DNA of 64,000 nucleotides, taken from NCBI GenBank assembly GCA_050260455.1, contig JBLNCF010000017.1:639-64638 (forward strand), read 5' to 3'. The position numbers and the translations under genes were made by a program. The notes under the pieces are model-generated. The model saw nothing but the letters and a program-made list of their open reading frames with translations, was not told the origin of the DNA and did not search any database. This document shows positions 18,292 to 26,548 of the stretch, in pieces. This DNA is from Bacillota bacterium (GTDB lineage Bacteria; Patescibacteriota; Minisyncoccia; Phycocordibacterales; Phycocordibacteraceae). The first letter of the stretch is position 1. Each line of letters starts with the position of its first letter.

Positions 18292-20223
18292 CTAGTTAGT
18301 CACGTCCTCGTCTTTCCACTTCTCAGAAAGGGTCATTGTCTTGTTTCGGGGTTCGTACTTGGTCGGTATTTTGCCTATATCTACGACCACAGGCACCTGA
18401 GCAAGTAGTCCTGCAAGAATACAGGTACCGGTGGGCAAAATAGGAAGATACTCGAATGAGACTTTGTCTAGATAAGATATCGTCTTTTCGATCGCATAAA
18501 TATCGTTGTTATTTATGAGTCGATGAAGGAAGTAGTTATGCAACTGAGAAATAATGGTGGGAGAAATGTCCGCAGGACGCTGACTGGCAATAGTTAGGAA
18601 CACACCAAATTTGCGGCCTTCCTTGATTATTTCTTCGAAGGTCTCGAGGCGGTAGTCTTTCCATTGCTCGCTCTCTCGGTCAGAAGTGTCTGAGAGAATG
18701 TTGTGTGCCTCGTCAACAATGATGTTGAGATATGAGTTCCCATCTCTCAACTCTTTCTTCTCGTCGTAAAGATTCTTACAGAGCAGAAGGGGCAGGATTT
18801 TTCTGATATGAATATTTACATCTTTTAACGAAACGATGGTTAGATTTCTCTGATTGGTTTCCTCCTCCTGCTCCCCCTTCACAGCCACTACCTTGATCAG
18901 GTCCTTAACTTTCGTATCGAGACGCTTTAAAAGAGGTGAAATATGATCTCGATTAGAGTAGCCTTTGAAGATCTCATCGTAATACTTGATGATTATCTTT
19001 AGACGGATAAAGGCAATCTCATTTTCAGTAAATTCGAGTAGGTTGATTTGAGCTCTCACTGGCTCTGTGAAGTGGGTTGAGATATTCGCAGCACTGTAGC
19101 GATCATTTCCAACTACTCCATTAGCACGAACAAAGTAAGTGCCATTGGTGCTGTTGAAGTCCAGAGTGTTGTTTACAAGGCCCATGATTGTGTTTATTGG
19201 ACCCTCATCGTTTACGCTGGCCCTTAGATCAGAGAAAAGCTCAACAAAAATCCTTGCACCGAGGCTCTTGTCGTTTTTAGCTAGAACGTCCTCAACAAAA
19301 GAGGCAATTTTCTCGCGAAGGTTCGCGTTTGGTGAACCTGTAGTATCTACATTCTCGAAGATTTGCCTTGTGAAGCCACCTTCGAGCGCCCGCACCAAAA
19401 ATGGAGCTTGAGTCTTTTCAGTAGCCTCCAGGAAAACAGTCCAGAAACTGGCTTCGTTGAGAGCCTCTTTTGTTATGGGGTATTTATCTTTCCCAGTCGT
19501 TGCGCGGGTGGAGAGTTTATAGATTCGTTTGTGTTTTGACTCGACAATAATGTCGTCGGCTTCCTCGTCGTCTGCTGTGTATTCACCATTGAAGTCAATA
19601 AGGAAGAACTTAGCGTTTTGAAAGAACTTTGACTGATCTTTATAAAATTTGAAGAGCTCGTGATAGATCTTCGCAAGTGTATAGGATTTACCGCTTCCAG
19701 TATTACCAAAAATGCCTATATGGCTCGCGAAAAGACTATTGACTCCAACGCTGATGTCCTGACCCTTTTCCAGAGCCAGACGGCCAATTGCAATTGGATC
19801 ATCGTCTCCGCGAATGAAATTGTGCACCTCGTTAAACTCTCTATTAGGAAGGAGGTAGCATTCATTCCCTACAAGGGGGAGTTCCTTTATTCCTCTTTCG
19901 AATTGGTCTCCCTTAAAGAAACCGAGAAGGCTTACGGCAAGTATCCTATTGATACGTTCCTTCTCATTCACGTAATCCTTCTTTGAAAAGGTGGGATCTT
20001 CGCTAGTGAATTCACCTTCAACCTTGCCGATAATCTTCGTAAAGCCTTTGACGATTTTTATATAACCTCCAACAGAGATATTTTTGAGCAACTCACCCTT
20101 ATAAAGGAGGTGCGATGTGTTCTTGGTCTTATCGACTTTTATCTTAATGGTTCTGCCATCCACCGATACAACCTTACCTATCTTAAATATGGAGTCCTCG
20201 AGGATTTGGCTGTCGTTGCTCAT
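18292..20223 (-). CDS. HerA-family ATPase/helicase
   Basis: N-terminal HAS-like IGKVVSVDG; HIGIFGNTGSGKS Walker A; IIVDEAH Walker B; KEGRKFG and SQRP motifs. Confidence 0.93.
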   Translation of the reverse strand: MSNDSQILEDSIFKIGKVVSVDGRTIKIKVDKTKNTSHLLYKGELLKNISVGGYIKIVKGFTKIIGKVEGEFTSEDPTFSKKDYVNEKERINRILAVSLLGFFKGDQFERGIKELPLVGNECYLLPNREFNEVHNFIRGDDDPIAIGRLALEKGQDISVGVNSLFASHIGIFGNTGSGKSYTLAKIYHELFKFYKDQSKFFQNAKFFLIDFNGEYTADDEEADDIIVESKHKRIYKLSTRATTGKDKYPITKEALNEASFWTVFLEATEKTQAPFLVRALEGGFTRQIFENVDTTGSPNANLREKIASFVEDVLAKNDKSLGARIFVELFSDLRASVNDEGPINTIMGLVNNTLDFNSTNGTYFVRANGVVGNDRYSAANISTHFTEPVRAQINLLEFTENEIAFIRLKIIIKYYDEIFKGYSNRDHISPLLKRLDTKVKDLIKVVAVKGEQEEETNQRNLTIVSLKDVNIHIRKILPLLLCKNLYDEKKELRDGNSYLNIIVDEAHNILSDTSDRESEQWKDYRLETFEEIIKEGRKFGVFLTIASQRPADISPTIISQLHNYFLHRLINNNDIYAIEKTISYLDKVSFEYLPILPTGTCILAGLLAQVPVVVDIGKIPTKYEPRNKTMTLSEKWKDEDVTN

Positions 20224-21392
20224 ACGTGAGGCTTATTCCTCTCTTCGATCATCTTCAAAAGGCAGTCGAATATCTCAGTGTTTATATTCGCGAAATCGAA
20301 TTCATATTTATCACCCCCGCCGTCTTCTTCTGGTTTCTGCTCCGGTACAATAACTTTCACGTTGTCGTTCTTAATATGCGCGATATCAAGTTTCGCCTCA
20401 AAGTCAGCTTTTGATTTCGAGGAATGAGCAATTATGAGGACAGTAAGGGTTGGGTTCGAGTTTGCCGCTCGAAGCGTAATTTCGCGAATATGCTCATCAG
20501 CGAAAGAAAAGCCTAGAACAAAGAGAACGGTGTTTTCCTTTTCGAGCTCATTAGCGTACATGCGCAATAGCTCATAATGGATTTGGTTCAGGAGTGTAAG
20601 CTTAAATTTCTCCTTAGTCGGGTTAATGATAGGGAGTTCCTGGTACGAGCCAAGAAATTCCTCCGTTGTCGGAGAGAGGCGTTTTCTCGCAGTTGCAGTA
20701 GTAAGGTCCTGAAGAGATTGTCCAGGCGCGGCCGCCACGATCTCCGTGTAGCCATTAGCTTTCAGTTTGCTGACAATCCTAAGATCGGGACTGAACTTAA
20801 TCTTCTTCTCTCCATTTACCTCGCATACCTCCCAAGTAAGGGAGCCGTGCAACTTAAGAAGATTAAAGACCGGAATTTCTGAGGTGTTGTCGAAATGCAG
20901 GCTCTTTTGGAAAGTAGACTTTCTAAAATTACTCAAGTTGAAGATAGGCATAAATCGCCCATTGAAGCCATCGCTATATTCCAGGCCGAGTTCCTCGAGA
21001 GCTTTTTCGAAATAAATATCGATATTCGTCGTGAAGATGTTTACTTGCTTGTTTATTATTGAATTCTTTCGACTGAGGAGAATTGTGTTAATGACTTTAA
21101 GAAACTGCTTGTAGTTTTTAAGAACTTCCTCGGATGCAGGGTCGTCCTTCAGGATCTCTACGTTTTTGAAGACGATTTCCTCGCAATAGCGTTTATAGAG
21201 AGCGGCACGAATCAGCTTCTTCTTTGAATCTGCTAGATCGGAGCTATCGACTTGGCTAAGCAGATCCTCGATGTTGCCAAGAACTCTAAGGAACGGCATA
21301 GAAAGGCCCGACCCTATGAGGAAGTTAATGTTGCTGTCCTGGACAGTATCTTTAAGCGCCCCTATGTTCATAGGACCCTTGCCTGGTGCCAT
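20220..21392 (-). CDS. SIR2-family NADase (Sir2-HerA type)
   Basis: NFLIGSGLS, FTTNID, YSDGF, LKLHGS, LGFSFADEHI; ATGA overlap with HerA. Confidence 0.92.
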   Translation of the reverse strand: MAPGKGPMNIGALKDTVQDSNINFLIGSGLSMPFLRVLGNIEDLLSQVDSSDLADSKKKLIRAALYKRYCEEIVFKNVEILKDDPASEEVLKNYKQFLKVINTILLSRKNSIINKQVNIFTTNIDIYFEKALEELGLEYSDGFNGRFMPIFNLSNFRKSTFQKSLHFDNTSEIPVFNLLKLHGSLTWEVCEVNGEKKIKFSPDLRIVSKLKANGYTEIVAAAPGQSLQDLTTATARKRLSPTTEEFLGSYQELPIINPTKEKFKLTLLNQIHYELLRMYANELEKENTVLFVLGFSFADEHIREITLRAANSNPTLTVLIIAHSSKSKADFEAKLDIAHIKNDNVKVIVPEQKPEEDGGGDKYEFDFANINTEIFDCLLKMIEERNKPHV

Positions 21393-21399
21393 ATCTTGG

Positions 21400-21426
21400 A
21401 TTATAGACCTTATCTCCTTAAGTCAA
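21400..21426 (-). promoter_or_regulatory. Sigma70-like promoter of the Sir2 operon
   Basis: TTGACT-15 nt-TATAAT, 7 nt before ATG 21392 (spacer is short). Confidence 0.6.
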
Positions 21427-21900
21427 TAGTTTAGCAAGCCCCACAAAGTAAAATAGTAGTTTTGCAAGGCCTAAAAGAGATAAGAGAAAATTTAGGAGCC
21501 TATAAAGTGCTCTCACATTGAACTAGGGGATATTGAACGGATTTGCAGATACTAGAAACGCCTAAATTCCAGCCCAAGAATAGGGCGATGAAAAATACCG
21601 TCCCAATTATTATCCACGCACCCAAACGCTCTCCAGAGCTCATCTTTGACTCGCTCATAGCAGATCTTGACTAGCCTGATAAAAAACCTCGTGTGGACAC
21701 AGAGAACCCGCCACGGGTCCCTGACCGAAGCCAGGCGTACAGGTTTCCCCATACGGCGATCAAGCACCCCCATGACGGGTTCTCTGTGCTTGATCGACTT
21801 TTCATGCCATGCCGTTGCCGGTTTAGGCATCGCCCTTGCTTGGGCCGGTATTCAGTTGTCTCCTAATGCTACTTCCTAACGACACCTCTCGCAATTGGGC

Positions 21901-21909
21901 TGGTATAAT
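21901..21909 (+). promoter_or_regulatory. Extended -10 promoter upstream of small ORF and recombinase
   Basis: TGGTATAAT. Confidence 0.55.
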
Positions 21910-21990
21910 GATCTGAACAACCAAAGTGTAGGTAGGGGAGGCCCAAACCTTAGATCAAGTCTGAGCTTGAGATAAGACGGGCGAATCCCA

Positions 21991-22185
21991 ATGCTTACCC
22001 TCTCTCAGTTAAGAAAAATAGATCCGGCTCTAACTCATATATCGGATGAGGATCTTGAAGCTATTAGATCTGAGCTATACCAGATCGCTCGGCTAGCCTT
22101 TGATTTCAAATACAGAGAAGTTGATTCCAAAAATCTAATTGGGTTATTGGCACCGGAACCCGTTATGCCTAAGATTGAATCATGA
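21991..22185 (+). CDS. Small helical protein coupled to the recombinase
   Basis: 64 aa; ATGA overlap with the recombinase start. Confidence 0.7.
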   Translation: MLTLSQLRKIDPALTHISDEDLEAIRSELYQIARLAFDFKYREVDSKNLIGLLAPEPVMPKIES

Positions 22186-23708
22186 AGCATATTGGCGAAC
22201 TAACAGGCGTCGTATACTGTCGAGTTTCATCGCAAGAGCAAGTAGCAGGCACAAGCCTTGCTATGCAGGAAAGGTCTTGTCGCGAATATGCTAGGAGAGA
22301 AGGTATTGAGGTGGTTGGCTGCTTCGTTGAAGAAGGTGAATCGGCAAAAACAGCAAACCGAACGGAGTTTCAAAAGGCGCTAGCGTTTTGCGCGGATAAA
22401 AAGAAACCTGTTGATTTTTTCATCGTACATAAACTTGATCGTTTCTCCAGAAACCAGGATGATCATGTTACAACTCAGGCCTTTCTAAGAAAATACGGGA
22501 CGAAGCTTAGATCAGTAACTGAGCAAATCGACGAGACTCCAATCGGCAAAATGATGGAGGGAGTTCTCGCCACATTTGCAGAATTTGATAATAACGTTCG
22601 CGCTGCTCGAAGTAAGAGTGGAATGCAAGAAAAAGCACGTAAAGGAATATGGGTCTGGATTGCCCCTCTCGGCTATAAAAGACTCGTAAAAGGCGGAAAT
22701 TTGGTCATAGACGAGGAAGCTGCTCCTTTTGTGCGCCTAGCTTTTGAGGAGTACTCAAAGGGTATTCATAGCTTTGAGTCGCTAGCGGATCACTTGTTTG
22801 AGAGAGGATTTCGCACCTCCAGTGGTAAGAAAATTTATAAACAACTTCTTGAGAAGATACTACGCAATCCGATTTATTACGGGAAGATCAAAGCCTTTGG
22901 TGAAGAAATTGATGGTGCGTTCCCATCGATTATCGATGAAAGACTTTTTTGGAAATGTCAGCCAGGAACAAAGAGCAAGTTTCGGCCAGGTAAGAGACTT
23001 AAAGAAAACTCAGATTTTCCTCTCAGGAGAATTGTTAAGTGTACAGAATGCGGCTCCTCGATTACAGGTAGCGCATCAACTGGACGCAAAGGAGTCAAAT
23101 ACCCTTATTACCATCATCACAAGCAAGGATGTTCTTTAGCCTCATTCGTCCCAAAAGAATCTTTTGAACAGAATTTCATTTCTTATTTGCAGGAACTCTC
23201 TCCAAACCCAGCTTATGAGAAGCTTTTTAGAGCAATTGTGATCGATACCTGGCAATCAAATTATCAAGAACTAGATAAGGAAAACGAGAAGGTCAGAAGA
23301 GAAATATCTGATTTGGAAGATGAGCGCCAAAGAGTATTTGATGCTCAGCGTTCTGGCGTTTACACAAATGAAGAGTTTTTGCAGCAAAAAGATCGTATCA
23401 ATAAAATAATCAACCAGAAGAAGTTTCTACTAGAGGAAAAACAAATTGAAGAATTCAATATGGAAGAAGCTTTAGACTACTGTTTCCGGTTTGTGGGTGA
23501 TAGCTCAAGAACCTGGATCGAGCTCGGAGAAGATCCGTCATTCCGTCTTAGATTCCAAAATCAGTTATTCCCAGAAAAACTTACGTACGATGGGCAAAAA
23601 TTTGGAACCACTAAAACATCCCTTATATACGAGCTAAGCCAGCCCTGTAATGACGATTCAACTAAATTGGTGACCCCACGGGGAATCGAACCCCGATTTA
23701 CGCCGTGA
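22182..23708 (+). CDS. Large serine recombinase (resolvase + recombinase + Zn-ribbon + coiled coil)
   Basis: VYCRVSS catalytic Ser motif, KLDRFSRN, APLGY, ILRNPIYYG, CTECG; last 10 codons are antisense tRNA-Glu. Confidence 0.95.
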   Translation: MKHIGELTGVVYCRVSSQEQVAGTSLAMQERSCREYARREGIEVVGCFVEEGESAKTANRTEFQKALAFCADKKKPVDFFIVHKLDRFSRNQDDHVTTQAFLRKYGTKLRSVTEQIDETPIGKMMEGVLATFAEFDNNVRAARSKSGMQEKARKGIWVWIAPLGYKRLVKGGNLVIDEEAAPFVRLAFEEYSKGIHSFESLADHLFERGFRTSSGKKIYKQLLEKILRNPIYYGKIKAFGEEIDGAFPSIIDERLFWKCQPGTKSKFRPGKRLKENSDFPLRRIVKCTECGSSITGSASTGRKGVKYPYYHHHKQGCSLASFVPKESFEQNFISYLQELSPNPAYEKLFRAIVIDTWQSNYQELDKENEKVRREISDLEDERQRVFDAQRSGVYTNEEFLQQKDRINKIINQKKFLLEEKQIEEFNMEEALDYCFRFVGDSSRTWIELGEDPSFRLRFQNQLFPEKLTYDGQKFGTTKTSLIYELSQPCNDDSTKLVTPRGIEPRFTP

Positions 23709-23742
23709 AAGGGCGCTGTCCTAGCCGTTAGACGATGGGGCC
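23668..23742 (-). tRNA. tRNA-Glu(TTC)
   Basis: ggcccca/tggggtc acceptor, gcgcc-ct TTC ac-ggcgt, CCA. Confidence 0.97.
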
Positions 23743-23807
23743 TTCATATGAAGGCGCACGGCTACATCCTACATTTTTACCGCATAAAATGCTAGGATAG
23801 CGGCACT

Positions 23808-23897
<90 letters not shown>

Positions 23898-23898
23898 T

Positions 23899-23933
23899 AA
23901 GCAAAAGGACGCATCAATGCGTCCTTTTGCTTT
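23899..23933. terminator. Bidirectional intrinsic terminator
   Basis: aagcaaaaggacgcat / atgcgtccttttgctt between convergent genes. Confidence 0.88.
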
Positions 23934-23950
23934 GTACGTTCCTGGCTCGC

Positions 23951-24418
23951 TTAGGTAGTGCGCTTACGCTGTAGGTAGGTGATGCCTGCGAGCGCGGCGA
24001 GTCCCGAGAGAAGGAGGACAGCCAGTGTTTCTGCTGCGTTACCTCCAGCTCCGGTATTCGGTACGCCTACCGTCGAGGCTCCGAGCACCGAACCGGGATA
24101 GGTGGTGGTCGTAGGATTGTTGCTGGTGGATGCTCCGAGGACGGAACCGCCACCACCGCCTCCTCCACCTCCACCGCCCCCACCACCTCCACCAGAGGAG
24201 CCGCCTGAGACGGTGCCCGTGAGGGAACCGGTACTGCTTCCGCTAACGGTGCCGGTGAGCGTGCCGCTTGAGGAAGTGGAGACCGTTCCGGTCAGGGTGC
24301 TCGTGGAAGTGTTCGTGGCTGCGGAGCCTGCGGTGAGCGTTCCCGTGATCTCGGACGCGAACGCTGGCGTTGCGATAGCGAACGCAAGCAGTCCAGAAAC
24401 GAGAAGTCGAGTGTTCAT
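23951..24418 (-). CDS. Secreted Ser/Thr/Gly-rich protein with LPXTG-like sorting signal
   Basis: Signal peptide (PAFA), GTLTGTVS repeats, poly-Gly, VPNTG + TM + RKR tail. Confidence 0.8.
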   Translation of the reverse strand: MNTRLLVSGLLAFAIATPAFASEITGTLTAGSAATNTSTSTLTGTVSTSSSGTLTGTVSGSSTGSLTGTVSGGSSGGGGGGGGGGGGGGGGSVLGASTSNNPTTTTYPGSVLGASTVGVPNTGAGGNAAETLAVLLLSGLAALAGITYLQRKRTT

Positions 24419-24457
24419 GTGATGGTACTAGCTGCTAATCATCCCGAGTTCTCACGA

Positions 24458-26122
24458 TTACGGGGTGGTCGAGGTTGCCGTCGACGGGATGGACTGTGCG
24501 CCGTACGTGGTGCTGTACGAACCATTCGGCGTGCCGCTTGGAACCTTCACCTGAATATCGACATCAACCTGCCGGCCGGGCGTCGTAGTAGACGTGTCGC
24601 CTGCGAGGTAGAGCCAATCTCCGTAGTCATTGTCCGTTGCGTAGACTGCGCTCGCGGTCGACGTAGCGTTTGTAGACTGCGAGGAGAAGATACGGATGTT
24701 GTTCGCTGCAGGAATGGTGCTTGAGCCTGACACGAAGTCAGAGAACTTCATGCGGAAGGCGTTTTCAAGATCAGGCACGGTGAGGTGCATGATCCATTCC
24801 CATCCATGCAGGAACGTGTCATCTGCCGTTGCATCGGTCTTGATGGCATCAATACCGGTCACCGCAAGCGGTGTTGAGGACGAAGTCGAGCTCGTCGTGA
24901 ATGTCTGGTCAGACGACGTGGTGGTGCCCACACCATTGGCCGCTACGATCTGGAAGTGATAGAGGGTCGCTTCCGTGAGATTCGTGAGCGTCACCGAATG
25001 AGTGGACGACGCGGTCGTGTCGAGCGTCGAGGACGAACCATAGCCAGTCGTCGTGCCGTACATGAGCTGCGTCGAGGAGGCGGTCGTGTTCCACGAGACC
25101 GTCGCCGTACTGGTGCCGATACCCGTTACCGAGATACCGCTAATGACCGGTGCACTCGGGGTCGAGCTGCCCGAGGTGGTCGTGAACGTCGCATCAGCGG
25201 AGGTGGTGGTACCTACCGCGTTTGCGGACGCTACCTGGAAGTGGTAGGTCGTCGACGCATCAAGGCCGGTGAGCGTCACCGAATGGGACGTAGACGCGGT
25301 CGTGTTTAGGGTCGAAGACGAGCCGTATCCTGCGGTAAGGCCATAGAAGACCTGCGACGATGCTGCCACATCCGTGTTCCAGGTCACCGTAGCGGTGGTG
25401 GAACCGATGTTAGTCACCGTCACTCCGCTCACTACCGGAGCAAGAAGTGCCCCAAGTGTAGTGAACGTATCATCGGTGGTCGTTGCGGTATTGTCCGAAG
25501 CATCCGTCGCCGAGATCTGGAAGTGATACAGCGTGGATGCGGTAAGACCAGTGATGGTTACGGAATGAGTCGTCGTTGCGCTTGATTCAAGCGTGGTTGA
25601 CGAACCATACCCGCTCGTGAGGCCGTAGGAGACCTGACCCTGCGTGGCTTCGTCCGTGGTCCAGCTGATGGTCGTGCTGGTAGCACTCGGCATCACCGAG
25701 ACATTCGAGATGACCGGAGCGGTCACATCGGCGGGCGTGAAGCTGAAGACCAGCAAGTTCGAGTTCTCGTTCTGCTTGTGCGGAGGATCGGAAGCTGCAG
25801 CGGAATTCTCCGGAACCGAGACAGAAACCGTCCCTGTTGCGGTCGGATTAAGATTGAAGCTGTAGCTTGCACCGCTTCCGGTGAAATCAGACACGGTTCC
25901 GTTTGATACCGAAAGATCAGAAGACGTGAAGCCCGTCACGGATGCTGAAAACGTTACGGTTACCGGAATCGAAGTTGCTGATGTGGTGGATGCCGTCGAG
26001 GAGGCGAGCAGTACCGACGGACCACCGGAATCCGCGAAGGCGATCGAAGACATGCCAATAGCGCTAAGCGCCACGGCCGCAGCGGTCACCGCGGATATAA
26101 TGCGTGGTTGTTTAAGTCTCAT
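24458..26122 (-). CDS. Secreted Ig-like + three fibronectin type III domain surface protein
   Basis: Signal peptide; VTVTFSASVTGF Ig-like domain; three W-T/N-T…YG.T.GYG…HSVT.TGL…T.YHFQ repeats. Confidence 0.88.
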   Translation of the reverse strand: MRLKQPRIISAVTAAAVALSAIGMSSIAFADSGGPSVLLASSTASTTSATSIPVTVTFSASVTGFTSSDLSVSNGTVSDFTGSGASYSFNLNPTATGTVSVSVPENSAAASDPPHKQNENSNLLVFSFTPADVTAPVISNVSVMPSATSTTISWTTDEATQGQVSYGLTSGYGSSTTLESSATTTHSVTITGLTASTLYHFQISATDASDNTATTTDDTFTTLGALLAPVVSGVTVTNIGSTTATVTWNTDVAASSQVFYGLTAGYGSSSTLNTTASTSHSVTLTGLDASTTYHFQVASANAVGTTTSADATFTTTSGSSTPSAPVISGISVTGIGTSTATVSWNTTASSTQLMYGTTTGYGSSSTLDTTASSTHSVTLTNLTEATLYHFQIVAANGVGTTTSSDQTFTTSSTSSSTPLAVTGIDAIKTDATADDTFLHGWEWIMHLTVPDLENAFRMKFSDFVSGSSTIPAANNIRIFSSQSTNATSTASAVYATDNDYGDWLYLAGDTSTTTPGRQVDVDIQVKVPSGTPNGSYSTTYGAQSIPSTATSTTP

Positions 26123-26196
26123 AATGCGTGCTTACTTAACTGCTAATAAACACTCGGTCATTTACGCAAACGGGGCCTAAAATACGGGTGAATCAT

Positions 26197-26216
26197 TAGT
26201 CATTCATGAATGACTA
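26197..26216. promoter_or_regulatory. Perfect 20-bp palindrome, candidate operator
   Basis: TAGTCATTCATGAATGACTA is its own reverse complement; lies between divergent genes. Confidence 0.6.
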
Positions 26217-26238
26217 GAAGCGAGGTAAAATGGGAATT

Positions 26239-26547
26239 ATGACGACATCGTTCAGGGACCGTGTATATGCGCTCGCGGCGCGCATTCCAAAGGGCAAGGT
26301 GGCCACCTATGGTCAGGTGGCAGCGCTCGCAGGAAATCCGAAAGCTGCCCGCGCGGTAGGTATGGCCATGAGGAATAATCCGAGTCGAAAGGAAGTACCG
26401 TGCCACCGTGTCGTTGCGTCTGACGGTTCACTCACCGGCTATGCGTTCGGAAAGGGGATTGCTACTAAGAAAACGATTCTCGCCAAAGAAGGAGTGGTGT
26501 TTGTAGGAGAGCGAGTAGATCTCTCCGTTTCGGGTTGGAAGGTTTGA
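26239..26547 (+). CDS. MGMT family methylated-DNA--protein-cysteine methyltransferase
   Basis: IPKGKVATYG, ARAVG, VPCHRVV. Confidence 0.92.
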   Translation: MTTSFRDRVYALAARIPKGKVATYGQVAALAGNPKAARAVGMAMRNNPSRKEVPCHRVVASDGSLTGYAFGKGIATKKTILAKEGVVFVGERVDLSVSGWKV

Positions 26548-26548
26548 T

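Larger units (their letters stand above)
17512..23676. mobile_element. Integrative element (defence island) at tRNA-Glu 3' end, serine-recombinase type
   Basis: 8-bp direct repeat GGTGACCC at 17512-17519 and 23669-23676 (tRNA 3' end); visibly AT-richer than flanks; large serine recombinase; joined ends give an inverted-repeat attP. Confidence 0.85.

Noticed and set aside
21552-21879. Overlapping 92-aa (-) and 70-aa (+) ORFs in the island
   Set aside because: No recognisable protein features and they coincide with the inverted-repeat structure; not fully excluded
17512-23742. Island as a prophage or conjugative element
   Set aside because: No structural, replication, relaxase or conjugation genes within the boundaries
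24147-24195. Poly-Pro ORF on + strand / G-rich tract
   Set aside because: It is the reverse complement of the poly-Gly codons of the - strand gene
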